Notes: generated from the sequence alone by a model not told the origin. Numbered from the stretch's first letter, positions 18,779-28,824 are shown. The stretch: DNA of 64,000 nt from an uncultured Verrucomicrobiae bacterium (GCA_963815455.1 CAWFGO010000002.1:448001-512000); one strand, 5' to 3'. Made by a program: numbers and translations.

Positions 18779-19720
18779 ATGAAACTTCTTCTCATCGACG
18801 GGCACTATTACGTTTACCGGTCGTTCTTCGCGATCCCGAATCTGTCCAATTCACGCGGCGAACCGACCAACGCGATTTTCGGTTTTACCAAGACGCTGCG
18901 CCTGATGATGAAGCATCTCCAGCCGGAACTGGCTGCGGTGTTTTGGGACGAAGGGATGCCGGAACGCCGGGTCAAGTTACAGCCCGCTTACAAGGAAACG
19001 CGCAAGGAAATGCCCAAGCCGATGGTGCCGCAACTCGATTTTATCCAGGAAACGCTGACCGATCTGCTTGGTTTCACCGGCATTTCGCTGCCGAATACAG
19101 AGGCGGACGATTTGATGGGCTGCTACGCGATGGCGGCAGGCAAACGCCCCGGAATGGAAGTCGTGCTGGCGACCAACGATAAGGATTTATACCAACTGGT
19201 CGGCCCGCGCGTGAAAGTTTATACTACCGCCAAGGCCGATCTCCCTTCTCCCAAGGATGCTTTCGCCCTGCTCGGGGAAGCGGAAGCCACCGCAAAATGG
19301 GAAGTGCCGCCAAAGCTGATCGGCGATGTTCTGGCTCTCACCGGCGATTCGGTTGATAACATTCCGAGCGCCGGCTTCGGGCGCAAGACCGCGGCGGCGC
19401 TCATTCGCGAATTTGGCGGCCTGGAACCGTTGCTGGCCAACATCGACAAGGTAAAGAGCGCGCGTAGCCAGGAAAAACTGGCCGCCGCGCGCGAACAGAT
19501 TTTGCAAAACCGAGAAATGGTCGATCTCGATTGCCATCTCGAATTGCCCGTCCCGATCGACGATCTCCAAATCAAGCCGAACTATCCCGCGCTGATCGCA
19601 GCCCTGGAAAAATGCGAGTTCAAATCGCTTCTGAAGGAGGTGCAGGAGGAAGCCGGCTCGGATCGGAATAGCCGAACAGGGCAATCTGCTGTAGCGGCGG
19701 TCTCCGACCGTCGAACCTGA
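18779..19720 (+). CDS. Stand-alone 5'-3' exonuclease / flap endonuclease (PolA N-terminal type)
   Basis: LLIDG...YRSFFA, PTNAIFGF, YKETR, EADD, DKDLYQL, ALTGDSVDNIP and G.KTA; no polymerase domain. Confidence 0.9.
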   Translation: MKLLLIDGHYYVYRSFFAIPNLSNSRGEPTNAIFGFTKTLRLMMKHLQPELAAVFWDEGMPERRVKLQPAYKETRKEMPKPMVPQLDFIQETLTDLLGFTGISLPNTEADDLMGCYAMAAGKRPGMEVVLATNDKDLYQLVGPRVKVYTTAKADLPSPKDAFALLGEAEATAKWEVPPKLIGDVLALTGDSVDNIPSAGFGRKTAAALIREFGGLEPLLANIDKVKSARSQEKLAAAREQILQNREMVDLDCHLELPVPIDDLQIKPNYPALIAALEKCEFKSLLKEVQEEAGSDRNSRTGQSAVAAVSDRRT

Positions 19721-20009
19721 ATCGATCGTCGCCTCCGAAGTTCCGCCTAAACGCCTGAACACCTGCGGCTAACATCGACACAAAATTTCCCAAAAAAAAC
19801 CGAACACTTCCCCTTCCTGCACTGTCGAACTTAGCAGGTTAAGGCGATTTGGGCGGTTGCACGTTTTTCGTATTTGTTGTTTCTCCTTGCGTGCGCCGCC
19901 CGAATCTTTTTCCGGGTATTCGCGGGCTCGACTCGCCCTACCATCTAGGGCGCCTCGTAACTGCGGGATTGCCAGTCTCCTCGCGGTATGATGTTTTCAT
20001 GGAAGTTCC

Positions 20010-21341
20010 ATGGAAAATCAGCTGTTTGGCATTCGCGGGTTCCTGATCGATTCGCCGGAATTCGGTACAGTCCGGGGCCGCCGGAACGGCGCGATCGTGA
20101 TCGAAAACGGTCGGATCTCGACGATCGGCGATTACGATGATCTCCGCCGGCTGCAACGCCAGCCCGTTCATTGGATCGACCACGGGCCGGTGGCAATTTT
20201 CCCCGGGCTGATCGATTGCCACACCCATCTGCCCCAGTACCCCGTCGTCGCCCGCGGCGAGAGCGAACTGCTCCCCTGGTTGCGCCAGCACATTTTCCCG
20301 ATCGAACGCGAGTTCACCGGCCCGAAAGCGCGCATCGAAGCGCCCCAGTTTTTCCACGAGCTCGCCCGGCACGGGACAACCATGGCGATGGTTTACACGG
20401 CAATTTACGAGGACAGTTGCGAGATCGCTTTCGAAGCGGCACGCGAAAGCGGGCTGCGCGTCATCATGGGAAAAATGATGATGGACATCGGTTCTTACGG
20501 TCAGCTCCAGCCCAAGAAAGTCCTCTCCGTCTCGCTCACGGAAAGCGAGCGACTCTGCCGGAAATGGCACCGGAGCGAAAATGGCCGGCTCGAATATGCC
20601 TTCAGCCCGCGCTTTGCGGTTACGTGTTCGGAAAAAATGATGCGGAGCGCGGCCGAATTAGCGGTCCGCTACAACGCCTATATTCAAACTCACCTGGCCG
20701 AGAACCGGGAGGAGATCGAAAAAGTTCATCATTTATATATGTCGGCCCGGGATTACACCGATGTTTACGAAAAATGCGGCCTGCTCACGCCCAAGACCGT
20801 GCTGGGACATTGCATCCACCTTAATCCGCGCGAAATCGCTGCCATTGCGGCCGCGCAATCGAGCGTCGCCCATTGTCCGACCTCGAACCTTTTTCTCGGC
20901 AGCGGCCTGATCAAGTTGGAACAACTCGTGTGGGCCGGAATTCCAGTGGGACTTGGCTCCGACGTGGCGGCCGGGCCGGAGTTGAACATGTGGCAAGTGA
21001 TGCGGGCCGCCGTTGACGTGCAAAAAGCGCGCGGCGCTTACGAACCGAATTTGCGTCCGCTGAAGCCGGGCGAGGCATTTTATCTCGCCACCCAGGGCGG
21101 CGCCCGGGCCCTCGGAAAAAGCCAGATGATTGGGACCTTCGACCTTGGCAAAGAGGCGGACCTGATCGTTGTCGATCTTGCCGCGTTGCTTCCCTACTCG
21201 AAAGACCGGGACGCGCTGCGGGCAATGTCCCCGGACGACGTTATCGCGCTGTGCGTTTACCGGGCCGGACCCCACGCGATCCTGGAGACGTACGTTCGTG
21301 GTCGATGCGTCTATCGGGCAGCGAACTTGCCCCTGGCCTGA
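20010..21341 (+). CDS. guaD: Guanine deaminase
   Basis: PGLIDCHTHLPQ, LLPWL...IFP.E, SPRFAVTC, QTHLAEN, HCPTSNLFLGSG and GSDVAAG. Confidence 0.9.
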   Translation: MENQLFGIRGFLIDSPEFGTVRGRRNGAIVIENGRISTIGDYDDLRRLQRQPVHWIDHGPVAIFPGLIDCHTHLPQYPVVARGESELLPWLRQHIFPIEREFTGPKARIEAPQFFHELARHGTTMAMVYTAIYEDSCEIAFEAARESGLRVIMGKMMMDIGSYGQLQPKKVLSVSLTESERLCRKWHRSENGRLEYAFSPRFAVTCSEKMMRSAAELAVRYNAYIQTHLAENREEIEKVHHLYMSARDYTDVYEKCGLLTPKTVLGHCIHLNPREIAAIAAAQSSVAHCPTSNLFLGSGLIKLEQLVWAGIPVGLGSDVAAGPELNMWQVMRAAVDVQKARGAYEPNLRPLKPGEAFYLATQGGARALGKSQMIGTFDLGKEADLIVVDLAALLPYSKDRDALRAMSPDDVIALCVYRAGPHAILETYVRGRCVYRAANLPLA

Positions 21342-22213
21342 TGAATGCGCTCAATTTCGATCCGATCGGCGTCGCGCTCGCGGAAGACATCGGCGAGGGC
21401 GATGTGACCAGCGAGTTCTTTGTGCCGCCGACGGTCCAGGCAACCGCTCAAATCGTTGCCCGTGAAAAAGCGATTGTTGCCGGGACGAAGACTGCCGCCG
21501 AAGTTTTCCGCCGCGTTGATCCCGGAGTCAAAATTCAAATCGTCCGGAACGACGGCGCCGCGATTGTTGCCGGCGACACCATCATCGAGCTCCGCGGTCC
21601 CGCCCGCTCGATTTTGAAAGGAGAGCGCGTTGCCCTGAATTTTCTGCAACGCCTTTGTGGAATTGCAACGCTGACTCGAAAATTCGTCCAAGCTGCGGGG
21701 AAAAAACGAGTAAAGATCCTCGATACCCGGAAAACTACGCCCGGTCTTCGCGCGCTGGAGAAAGCGGCCGTGCTCGCGGGCGGCGGCGCGAATCATCGCT
21801 TCGGCTTGTTCGACATGGTGTTGATCAAGGACAACCATCTCGGTGCCCGAATGGGAATGTCGGGACTGGCCGAGGCGATTCGCCGGATGCACCAGGCGCG
21901 TCCCGACGTGCCCATCGAAGTGGAAGCGGATACTCTCGATCAGGTGCGAGCGCTGCTGAAAATGGAAGGTGTCGATGTTGTTTTGCTCGATAACATGAAA
22001 CCGGCGGACATGCGCAAAGCCGTCGCGTTGGGCCGGCACTGTAGCGGCGGCCGTGTCGGCCGCAGAGTAAAATTCGAGGCGAGCGGCGGCATCACGTTGA
22101 AGAATGTCCGCCAAATCGCGGCCACCGGTGTCGATTCCATTTCCGTCGGTGCGCTCACCCATTCCGCCCCGGCCATCAATCTTTCACTCGAAATCAAGAA
22201 TGTCGCCTCTTGA
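21341..22213 (+). CDS. nadC: Nicotinate-nucleotide pyrophosphorylase (quinolinate PRTase)
   Basis: ALAEDIG.GDVTS, ERVALNFLQR, DTRKTTPG, LIKDNH, EVE, LLDNM and EASGG. Confidence 0.95.
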   Translation: MNALNFDPIGVALAEDIGEGDVTSEFFVPPTVQATAQIVAREKAIVAGTKTAAEVFRRVDPGVKIQIVRNDGAAIVAGDTIIELRGPARSILKGERVALNFLQRLCGIATLTRKFVQAAGKKRVKILDTRKTTPGLRALEKAAVLAGGGANHRFGLFDMVLIKDNHLGARMGMSGLAEAIRRMHQARPDVPIEVEADTLDQVRALLKMEGVDVVLLDNMKPADMRKAVALGRHCSGGRVGRRVKFEASGGITLKNVRQIAATGVDSISVGALTHSAPAINLSLEIKNVAS

Positions 22214-22796
22214 TGCCGAGGCGCTCCGGCACGCGCTGGGAGAATGCGTGATCGGTCGCGAGATTGTCGTTCTCGAAGAAGCGACTTCGACCAACGACGC
22301 CATCTTGCAACGCGCGTTACCAACAACCCCGGAAGGCCTGGTCGTTTTCGCCGAACATCAAACCGCCGGCCGAGGCCAGCGAGCCAACCGCTGGGAATCG
22401 GCCGCGGCCAAAGGCCTCTGGTTCTCCATTCTCCTGCGACCGAAGATCGACATCGGCCAATCGCCGCGTCTCACCGCGTGGGCGGCAAAAGCCGTAGCCA
22501 AAACGATCCGCGATGAATTCTCGCTCCCCGTAACGGTCAAGGCGCCGAATGACGTTCAAATCGAAGGGCGAAAAGTTGCCGGCGTTCTGGTTGAGATGCG
22601 CGCGCAACCAAATGCGCCGCATCTGGCCATTGCCGGAATCGGTATCAATGTAAATCACACCCCGGAAGATTTCCCCGAAGAATTGAAAAAGACCGCGGTC
22701 TCGCTGGCGATAACGCTGGATCGACAAATCGATCGACACCAATTTGCCATCGCGGTCCTGCGAAATCTCGACACTAGTTACGCAGAGGTTTTCTAA
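22200..22796 (+). CDS. birA: Biotin--protein ligase (catalytic domain only)
   Basis: STND, AEHQTAGRGQR...W, KAPNDV, KVAGVLVE and GIGINVN. Confidence 0.9.
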   Translation: MSPLDAEALRHALGECVIGREIVVLEEATSTNDAILQRALPTTPEGLVVFAEHQTAGRGQRANRWESAAAKGLWFSILLRPKIDIGQSPRLTAWAAKAVAKTIRDEFSLPVTVKAPNDVQIEGRKVAGVLVEMRAQPNAPHLAIAGIGINVNHTPEDFPEELKKTAVSLAITLDRQIDRHQFAIAVLRNLDTSYAEVF

Positions 22797-23025
22797 GGTG
22801 GATCGAGCAGTCCCTTGTCCGCCAGTCGGACGGACTCGTCCCGTGGCGAGCTCGATGCCAATCCAACGGCGCAGCCGCAAACTGAATTGCCCAGAGAGAT
22901 CTCGGCAAGTTGCGGCTGTTTAGCATCGCCCGCGGAGCGGCCGATCCACCTTGCCGTCGCGCTGCTTGCGAAAATCTCGATCGAACGCACGCGCAGACTT
23001 TCCTAAATCATGCGCTGTGCTTGAA

Positions 23026-23050
23026 ACTTGACTGCTTAAAGCAGTCAAGT
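23026..23050. promoter_or_regulatory. Perfect 25-bp palindrome, operator-like
   Basis: ACTTGACTGCTT-A-AAGCAGTCAAGT. Confidence 0.45.
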
Positions 23051-23071
23051 CTAACGACTTCTATCGCGCTT

Positions 23072-24178
23072 CTATGTGGTCGTCATTTGCCGGAGCCAGT
23101 CGCGATAAACACGCGGCGAGATCTCCGATGGCTTAATTTCGCTGCGGCCGCCCCAGAAACACGTTCGTGTAGGAAACCGGGATGCCGCTGGCCTGAAGAT
23201 GTCGATCTATCGCGGCTTTGTGCTCGAGCAGGAGCGCTTTGTCAGTGCCGTGGGCCACGGCCATGATGTTGACGTTCTTGAATTCCGGGCCCGCTTCGCG
23301 CCAGTAGCAATGGGTGAGAATATGATGCCGGCCGACTTCGCCGCCCGCTTCGATCTCGCGCCCGGGTGGCACCGCCCAGTGAAAGAGCGCGTTGAATCGC
23401 GTCACCCGCACGCCGCCGGCCGACGGTTTGACATGCTCGAGAAAAGTTGAGAATCGCCCGACGATTTTCCGCGCGTTCAAGCTTTCGGCCACGCGATAAA
23501 ATTCTTCGAGCGAAACACCGGCTTCCTTGGCGCGCGCTACCCACGGCGAAGGCTTAATTTCGTCCGGCAGTAAATTCGCGCTTGAGCGCGAGCAGAACGT
23601 TCCATTCCTGCTCATTCAGATCGACAGCCTGCACCGGAATCATCTTTGCCGGCGTGTCCGATTTGCTTCCCGGCTCAATCGTTTTCCGGCGAACATGCCC
23701 TACTCCAAGCGTGAAAATTCCCTTGGCCGGCATCAGTCGAAAACGTTCCGCGCCGACTTTCTGCGCCAACAGTTCGCCATGCGCTTGCAAAGAAAATCCG
23801 CGCGGCACTTTGACGCGTGGTCCAGAGTTTGTAATCCGATCCTGCGGTGACGGTATCGGTCGAGCGCAAGACGACGTGACCGGAAAACGGATCGCGTTGA
23901 AACATCCAATCGAACGCGTTGTCGATCTTGTTCTCGGGAACTTTCCAGGCCACCAGCGCGCCATCGGCCAGATTGGTGGCCAGCAGCGTCTGCCGGACAC
24001 GCCGAATCGTTCCCGCGCGCAGCATGGCCGCGATCCGCGCCATCACTGCATCGACATCGACGCCCGAACGCCGCGCGATTTCCTCGAATGGTTCCCGCAC
24101 GAATCCTTCGATTTTGTCCTCGGAAATCGCCAGGATCTTTGCGTTAATCGGATCGTCGTGTTCGACCGGGAGCATCAT
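23072..24178 (-). CDS. Double Lrp/AsnC-like domain protein, siroheme decarboxylase (AhbA/B, NirDLGH)-like; about 3 frameshifts
   Basis: Fragments 23675..24178, 23554..24000 and 23133..23615 join into PF..IA...G.IRR...ALVAWKVP...SGHVVLR and a second unit W.VP...G....LTHCYWR...NIMAVAHG. Continues in another frame as FWGGRSEIKPSEISP to a stop at 23072. Confidence 0.6.
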
Positions 24179-24184
24179 GTCAAT

Positions 24185-24241
24185 GTGGCACAGGCATCTT
24201 GCCTGTGTATAAACAAATCATCGGCTGGAAGCCGATGCCAC
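24185..24241. repeat. GTGGCA-type REP-like palindrome
   Basis: gtggcacaggcatcttgcctgtg...catcggctggaagccgatgccac between divergent genes; a relative lies inside imuB. Confidence 0.7.
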
Positions 24242-24246
24242 TTCGA

Positions 24247-24909
24247 ATGTTCAAGGCCATCTTCTTCGACGCTGCCGGCACGCTCATTTATCTCACCAAG
24301 ACCGTGGGCGATCATTACGCGCTCGTTGGCCAAGAGATCGGATTGAAGCTCGACGCCACCAAACTGGATCGCGCTTTTTATTGTCGCCTGGAAACAAATG
24401 CCGCCGCGAGCGCCCATCGACGGCCCGCGCGAAAATGACGACAAAGACTGGTGGCGACCAGCTGGTCGATCTTGTTCTCGATCAAGCGGCGCCATCTCTT
24501 GAACGCGTTCGATCGCGATAATTTCTTCGAGATCGCCTACGAACATTTCGCCGAGCCTGGCGTATGGGCTTTGTATCCGGAGGTTGTCGATGTTCTGGAG
24601 AAATTGCGGCCCCGATTTCAGCTTGTCGTCATTTCGAATTTCGATGGCCGTCTGCGATTCATTCTCGATCATCTTGGCATTTCGAAATTTTTCTCTCATA
24701 TTTTTGTCTCCAGCGAGATCGGCGCCGATAAACCGGACCCGGAAATCTTCCGGCGCGCGCTTAAGTTCCTGAATCTGAAGCCCGACCAGGTTTTGCATGT
24801 CGGCGACGATCCCGAACGAGATTGGAGCGCAGCTGGTGCCGCAGGAGTGTCAATTTTCCGATTGGATCGAGAAAAGAATTCCCTGCGGGATTTGCTAATC
24901 CAGCTGTAG
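24247..24909 (+). CDS. HAD-IA family hydrolase (frameshifted)
   Basis: Motif I FFDAAGTL, ISNFD, KPDPEIF and HVGDDPERD split over frames near 24385 and 24500. Confidence 0.8.
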
Positions 24910-24958
24910 CCGCCGCCCTGTGGGCCCCGCGCCCGCGTGGCACGGCGATGCGGCTACA
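24904..24958. repeat. GTAG-type REP-like element
   Basis: tgtagccgc...gcggctaca terminal inverted repeat; supplies the HAD gene stop codon. Confidence 0.55.
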
Positions 24959-25003
24959 ACCTTGCGGTGCTGCACGATCTGGATTAAAAAAATACCTCTT
25001 CGC

Positions 25004-25076
25004 GGGTCGGTAGCTCAATTGGTAGAGCAGCGCCCTTTTAAGGCGTTGGTTCCGGGTTCGAGTCCCGGCCGACCCA
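25004..25076 (+). tRNA. tRNA-Lys (anticodon TTT), CCA not encoded
   Basis: Acceptor stem GGGTCGG/CCGACCC, D-arm GCTC..GAGC, anticodon arm GCGCC-CTTTTAA-GGCGT, T-arm CCGGG-TTCGAGT-CCCGG. Confidence 0.97.
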
Positions 25077-25165
25077 ATCTCCCAAGGAATGGAGTGTTGG
25101 AGTGATGGGGTGTTGGAGTAATGTTCCCAGAGTTTCACTACTCCGATAGCCAGCGCGAACCTGCT

Positions 25166-25810
25166 GTGATCTCCCACAAATATAAATGCATTTTCGTTGA
25201 AGTGCCCAAGACCGGATCGACCAGCGTCCGGGCCATTCTGGGTAAGGCGTGGAAACCGCATCTGAACTTGTGGCAGATCAAAAATCATATGGAGAACTAT
25301 TGGACGCATTTCGGCGGGACAAAAAACCGGATTCTCGAAGTGATCTATCCAGCGTTGTCGAAGGAGCGGCGAAAAGAAATCGGCCAAAAACAATTCGAGA
25401 CCTATTTCAAATTTGGATTCGTTCGCAATCCGTGGGACCGGGTGGTCTCGTTGTACGAGCGCAACGAGGCCGGCACGCTCAAAGACAAGATGACCTTCGA
25501 ACAGTTTGTGGATTGGATCCAATACAGCAGCGCTACTTGCATTCACTCCTCGCCGCATCGCTATCAACTGGACTGGTTCGTCGATCCTAATGGCAATGTC
25601 CTGGCCGATTTCATCGGAAAATTTGAGCGCCTCGAAGAAGATTGGGCTCGGGTCGCCCAAAAACTTGGGATCGCGGAAAAACTGCCGCATCGCCGGGCCA
25701 ACCCTCGGGCCCGACATTACACCGAATATTATAATCCTCGGACACGAGAGGTGATCGCGAACAAGTTCAAGGTGGATATCGAACGATTTGGTTATGAGTT
25801 CGAAGGGTAG
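25166..25810 (+). CDS. Sulfotransferase family 2 protein
   Basis: FVEVPKTGSTS (5'-PSB), FVRNPWDRVVS (3'-PB), DFIGKFERL and DIERFGYEF. Confidence 0.85.
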   Translation: MISHKYKCIFVEVPKTGSTSVRAILGKAWKPHLNLWQIKNHMENYWTHFGGTKNRILEVIYPALSKERRKEIGQKQFETYFKFGFVRNPWDRVVSLYERNEAGTLKDKMTFEQFVDWIQYSSATCIHSSPHRYQLDWFVDPNGNVLADFIGKFERLEEDWARVAQKLGIAEKLPHRRANPRARHYTEYYNPRTREVIANKFKVDIERFGYEFEG

Positions 25811-26767
25811 GATTAAGGCGATCGTTCTGAGCTGCGATCGCTATCGGCCGATCGCCGAGCACATGATGCTTCAATACGAACGCTTGTGGCCGGAACATCC
25901 GTTTGTTTTTCATATTCCGTATCAGAATTTGGCCGGGCAGGAATCTGAACGGACCCGATATTTCGAGACACCGGAGGAAATCAGGCCAACGGTTCTGCAA
26001 TTGCTCGCGGGGATCGACGACGAGGAGTGGGTCTACTGGTGCGTAGACGACAAGTATCCGATTCAGCTTGTTACCGGCAAAATTGACGAACTAATCACCG
26101 ATGCGATGAAATCGTAAGTTGGGTGATATGCTGGTGATTAGTTCGTCATTTTGCCGGTACAAGCTGAATCGGATACTTGTCGTCTACGCACCAGTAGACC
26201 ACTCCTCGCCGCTCGCTATCAACTGGACTGGTTCGTCGATCCTATGGCATGTCCTGGCCGATTTCATCGGAAAATTTGAGCGCCTCGAAGAAGATTGGGC
26301 TCGGGTCGCCCAAAAACTTGGGATCGCGGAAAAACTGCCGCATCGCCGGGCCAACCCTCGGGCCCGACATTACACCGAATATTATAATCCTCGGACACGA
26401 GAGGTGATCGCGAACAAGTTCAAGGTGGATATCGAACGATTTGGTTATGAGTTCGAAGGGTAGGATTAAGGCGATCGTTCTGAGCTGCGATCGCTATCGG
26501 CCGATCGCCGAGCACATGATGCTTCAATACGAACGCTTGTGGCCGGAACATCCGTTTGTTTTTCATATTCCGTATCAGAATTTGGCCGGGCAGGAATCTG
26601 AACGGACCCGATATTTCGAGACACCGGAGGAAATCAGGCCAACGGTTCTGCAATTGCTCGCGGGGATCGACGACGAGGAGTGGGTCTACTGGTGCGTAGA
26701 CGACAAGTATCCGATTCAGCTTGTTACCGGCAAAATTGACGAACTAATCACCGATGCGATGAAATCG
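25544..26767. repeat. About 570-bp direct duplication with an intervening inverted fragment (probable read chimera)
   Basis: 25544-26114 recurs at 26200-26767. About 26132-26208 is an indel-rich reverse complement of about 26021-26100. Confidence 0.9.
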
Positions 26768-27184
26768 CCCGATATGAGCGGTCTACTTTTCTGTCGATGC
26801 CGGGTCACCCTGGACAGTCCCAAACTCACGCTTTATCCGAAGAAACGAGTCAACGCATTTGGCGATATCTATTTCGAACGCAAAGCTTGGTATCAAATTT
26901 GGATTCATCAGCTTCTGCGGGCCAAGGTGCTTCGCCATCTCTTCACTCAAATGCCGGCCGATATTCCGTCGGCGAAAGCAATGGATAAGTTAAAAGATGA
27001 TGTGGAGAAACTGACCGAGCAGCGGCTGTTTGTGACCAAGGAGAACTTTGCGATCTTCGGGGAAAGCACCAACCGCGGATCGATCACGCAAAATTGCTAC
27101 GAGAGCATCCGACGCACGAACATCGAGCTTCCCGATTGGTTTCAAAATCCCAACGGCAAATATGTGACGCTTGGGAAACTGTAG
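26447..27184 (+). CDS. Hypothetical protein, glycosyltransferase-like (intact copy; 25794..26117 is the truncated duplicate)
   Basis: IVLSCDRY start and WCVDDKY DxD-like motif; operonic overlap with the upstream sulfotransferase. Confidence 0.6.
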   Translation: MSSKGRIKAIVLSCDRYRPIAEHMMLQYERLWPEHPFVFHIPYQNLAGQESERTRYFETPEEIRPTVLQLLAGIDDEEWVYWCVDDKYPIQLVTGKIDELITDAMKSPDMSGLLFCRCRVTLDSPKLTLYPKKRVNAFGDIYFERKAWYQIWIHQLLRAKVLRHLFTQMPADIPSAKAMDKLKDDVEKLTEQRLFVTKENFAIFGESTNRGSITQNCYESIRRTNIELPDWFQNPNGKYVTLGKL

Positions 27185-27190
27185 GCAAAC

Positions 27191-28063
27191 ATGCGACAAA
27201 TTCTCAGGAGTATAACCTCCCTGTGGCCGGGCCGGGAATCCGGGAACAACGGTCAGAAGGTGATTGTGTTTACCACCCATCGAGCCGCTTCGATGTTGCT
27301 CCATCGGGTCTTGCGAGACGTCTGCGCGAAGAATGAGATCCCATATTATTCCCCGAACCAATCGCGCGATAAGCAATTGCCATTTGAACGCATCTTCAAG
27401 GGCGAGGATTTTATTGCCCGGCGCCACGGCTGCTTCGGACCGCTCCGTTTCTTTGTCCCCAGCGCGGCCCTGACCACGGCGAGAATCGTGCTTCATCTTC
27501 GCGATCCAAGAGACGTGCTGACCTCGATGTTCTTTTCCTACTGCTTCATGCATCCCGGGGAAATCGAGCCCAACACCGGGTACCGCAAGGAGGTCGCCGA
27601 AGCCGGGATCGACAAGTTTGTTCTCGATATGAGTGACGATAATTTCACCCGTTATCGGGGCAGTTACGGCACCGGTTTACGCCACGCAAAATATGCCGGA
27701 AACGTTTGTGACAGATACGCCGCTTATGTTCGGGAGGTCGTCGGCAAGCCGAATGCGATCGTGATCTCCTATGAAGAAATGGTCCTCGATTTCGGCAGTT
27801 GGCTTCGCAAATTCTTGTCCGCATTTGAATTGAACGACGCGGATGAGACTTATCAATTCGTCATGAGTCGCCGGGCCGAAAGCGTCAAACCCGGCGATGA
27901 GGATATGTCGAAGCATAAGCGAAAAGTGACGCCGGGTGATCACAAAGAAAAGCTGAGGCCCGAAACGATCGCGGAACTCAACCGGCGCTTCAGTGACGCG
28001 CTCGACGCGCTCGGCTATTCGAATCCGAAACGCGAGGCTCAGCAGGCGCTTTCTAACAAGTGA
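27191..28063 (+). CDS. Sulfotransferase-domain protein
   Basis: LRDPRDVLTSMFFS, ISYEEMV.DF, HKRKVTPGDHKEKL and LGY; atypical 5'-PSB (TTHRAAS). Confidence 0.75.
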   Translation: MRQILRSITSLWPGRESGNNGQKVIVFTTHRAASMLLHRVLRDVCAKNEIPYYSPNQSRDKQLPFERIFKGEDFIARRHGCFGPLRFFVPSAALTTARIVLHLRDPRDVLTSMFFSYCFMHPGEIEPNTGYRKEVAEAGIDKFVLDMSDDNFTRYRGSYGTGLRHAKYAGNVCDRYAAYVREVVGKPNAIVISYEEMVLDFGSWLRKFLSAFELNDADETYQFVMSRRAESVKPGDEDMSKHKRKVTPGDHKEKLRPETIAELNRRFSDALDALGYSNPKREAQQALSNK

Positions 28064-28824
28064 GCACGCGTTCCTTCAAGTCAGCGTCGGCGCCGGAAAA
28101 GAAAATGCCGGCGATCCGGATTCGGCCCGACGACGTGTTTATCGTGTCCTACCCGAAATCGGGAAACACCTGGGTCCGTTTTATCCTGGCCAATCTCCTG
28201 GCTCCCGGGGAGAAGATCACCTTCCGCAACATCGACAACTATGTCCCCGACATCTACCGATGCGCGGCGACCCTGGAAGATCGACAGGGGCGCCGCTACA
28301 TTAAATCTCATCATCCCTCCTACGATCTTTACCCGAAACTTATTTATCTTTTTCGGGATGGCCGCGACGCGCTGGTTTCCTACTACCAATACGTCGCCGG
28401 GAAAAAAGGCTTCGATGGCACGTTCCGGGACTTCGTGTTTTCCTCTTTTGCCAAGAAGTTTTCATTCTGGAGAGAGCATGTCGAGGGCGCCCTCGATTTC
28501 GCCACCAAACATCCGGATCGGATTCTGATGCTTCAGTATGAGAAAATGCTGGAGGACTCGCGAACGGGCGCTGCCAGCATCTCGAAATTTCTGGGATTGA
28601 ACTGCGGCAACGAGGCCATTGCCAAAGCGGTGGAGGCAACTTCATTCGATCGGCTGAAGACAATGGAGCAGAACGTCGGAAGCGAGAATTTGGCCAAGCC
28701 CGTCACTTTTTTTCGCACTGGCCGGAGCGGCCACTGGCGGGATCACTTTGATGCAGACCTTAACCGAAAATACTGCGAAGAGAACGGCGCGACGTTGCTT
28801 CGGCTCGGATATCAGCTGGAATGA
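28060..28824 (+). CDS. Sulfotransferase family 1 protein
   Basis: DDVFIVSYPKSGNTW, IKSH, RDGRDALVSYY and FFRTGRSGHW. Confidence 0.9.
   Translation: MSTRSFKSASAPEKKMPAIRIRPDDVFIVSYPKSGNTWVRFILANLLAPGEKITFRNIDNYVPDIYRCAATLEDRQGRRYIKSHHPSYDLYPKLIYLFRDGRDALVSYYQYVAGKKGFDGTFRDFVFSSFAKKFSFWREHVEGALDFATKHPDRILMLQYEKMLEDSRTGAASISKFLGLNCGNEAIAKAVEATSFDRLKTMEQNVGSENLAKPVTFFRTGRSGHWRDHFDADLNRKYCEENGATLLRLGYQLE

Noticed and set aside
25794..26463. Apparent paralogous ORFs 25788..26117 and 26119..26463
   Set aside because: Products of the fold-back duplication; not independent genes.
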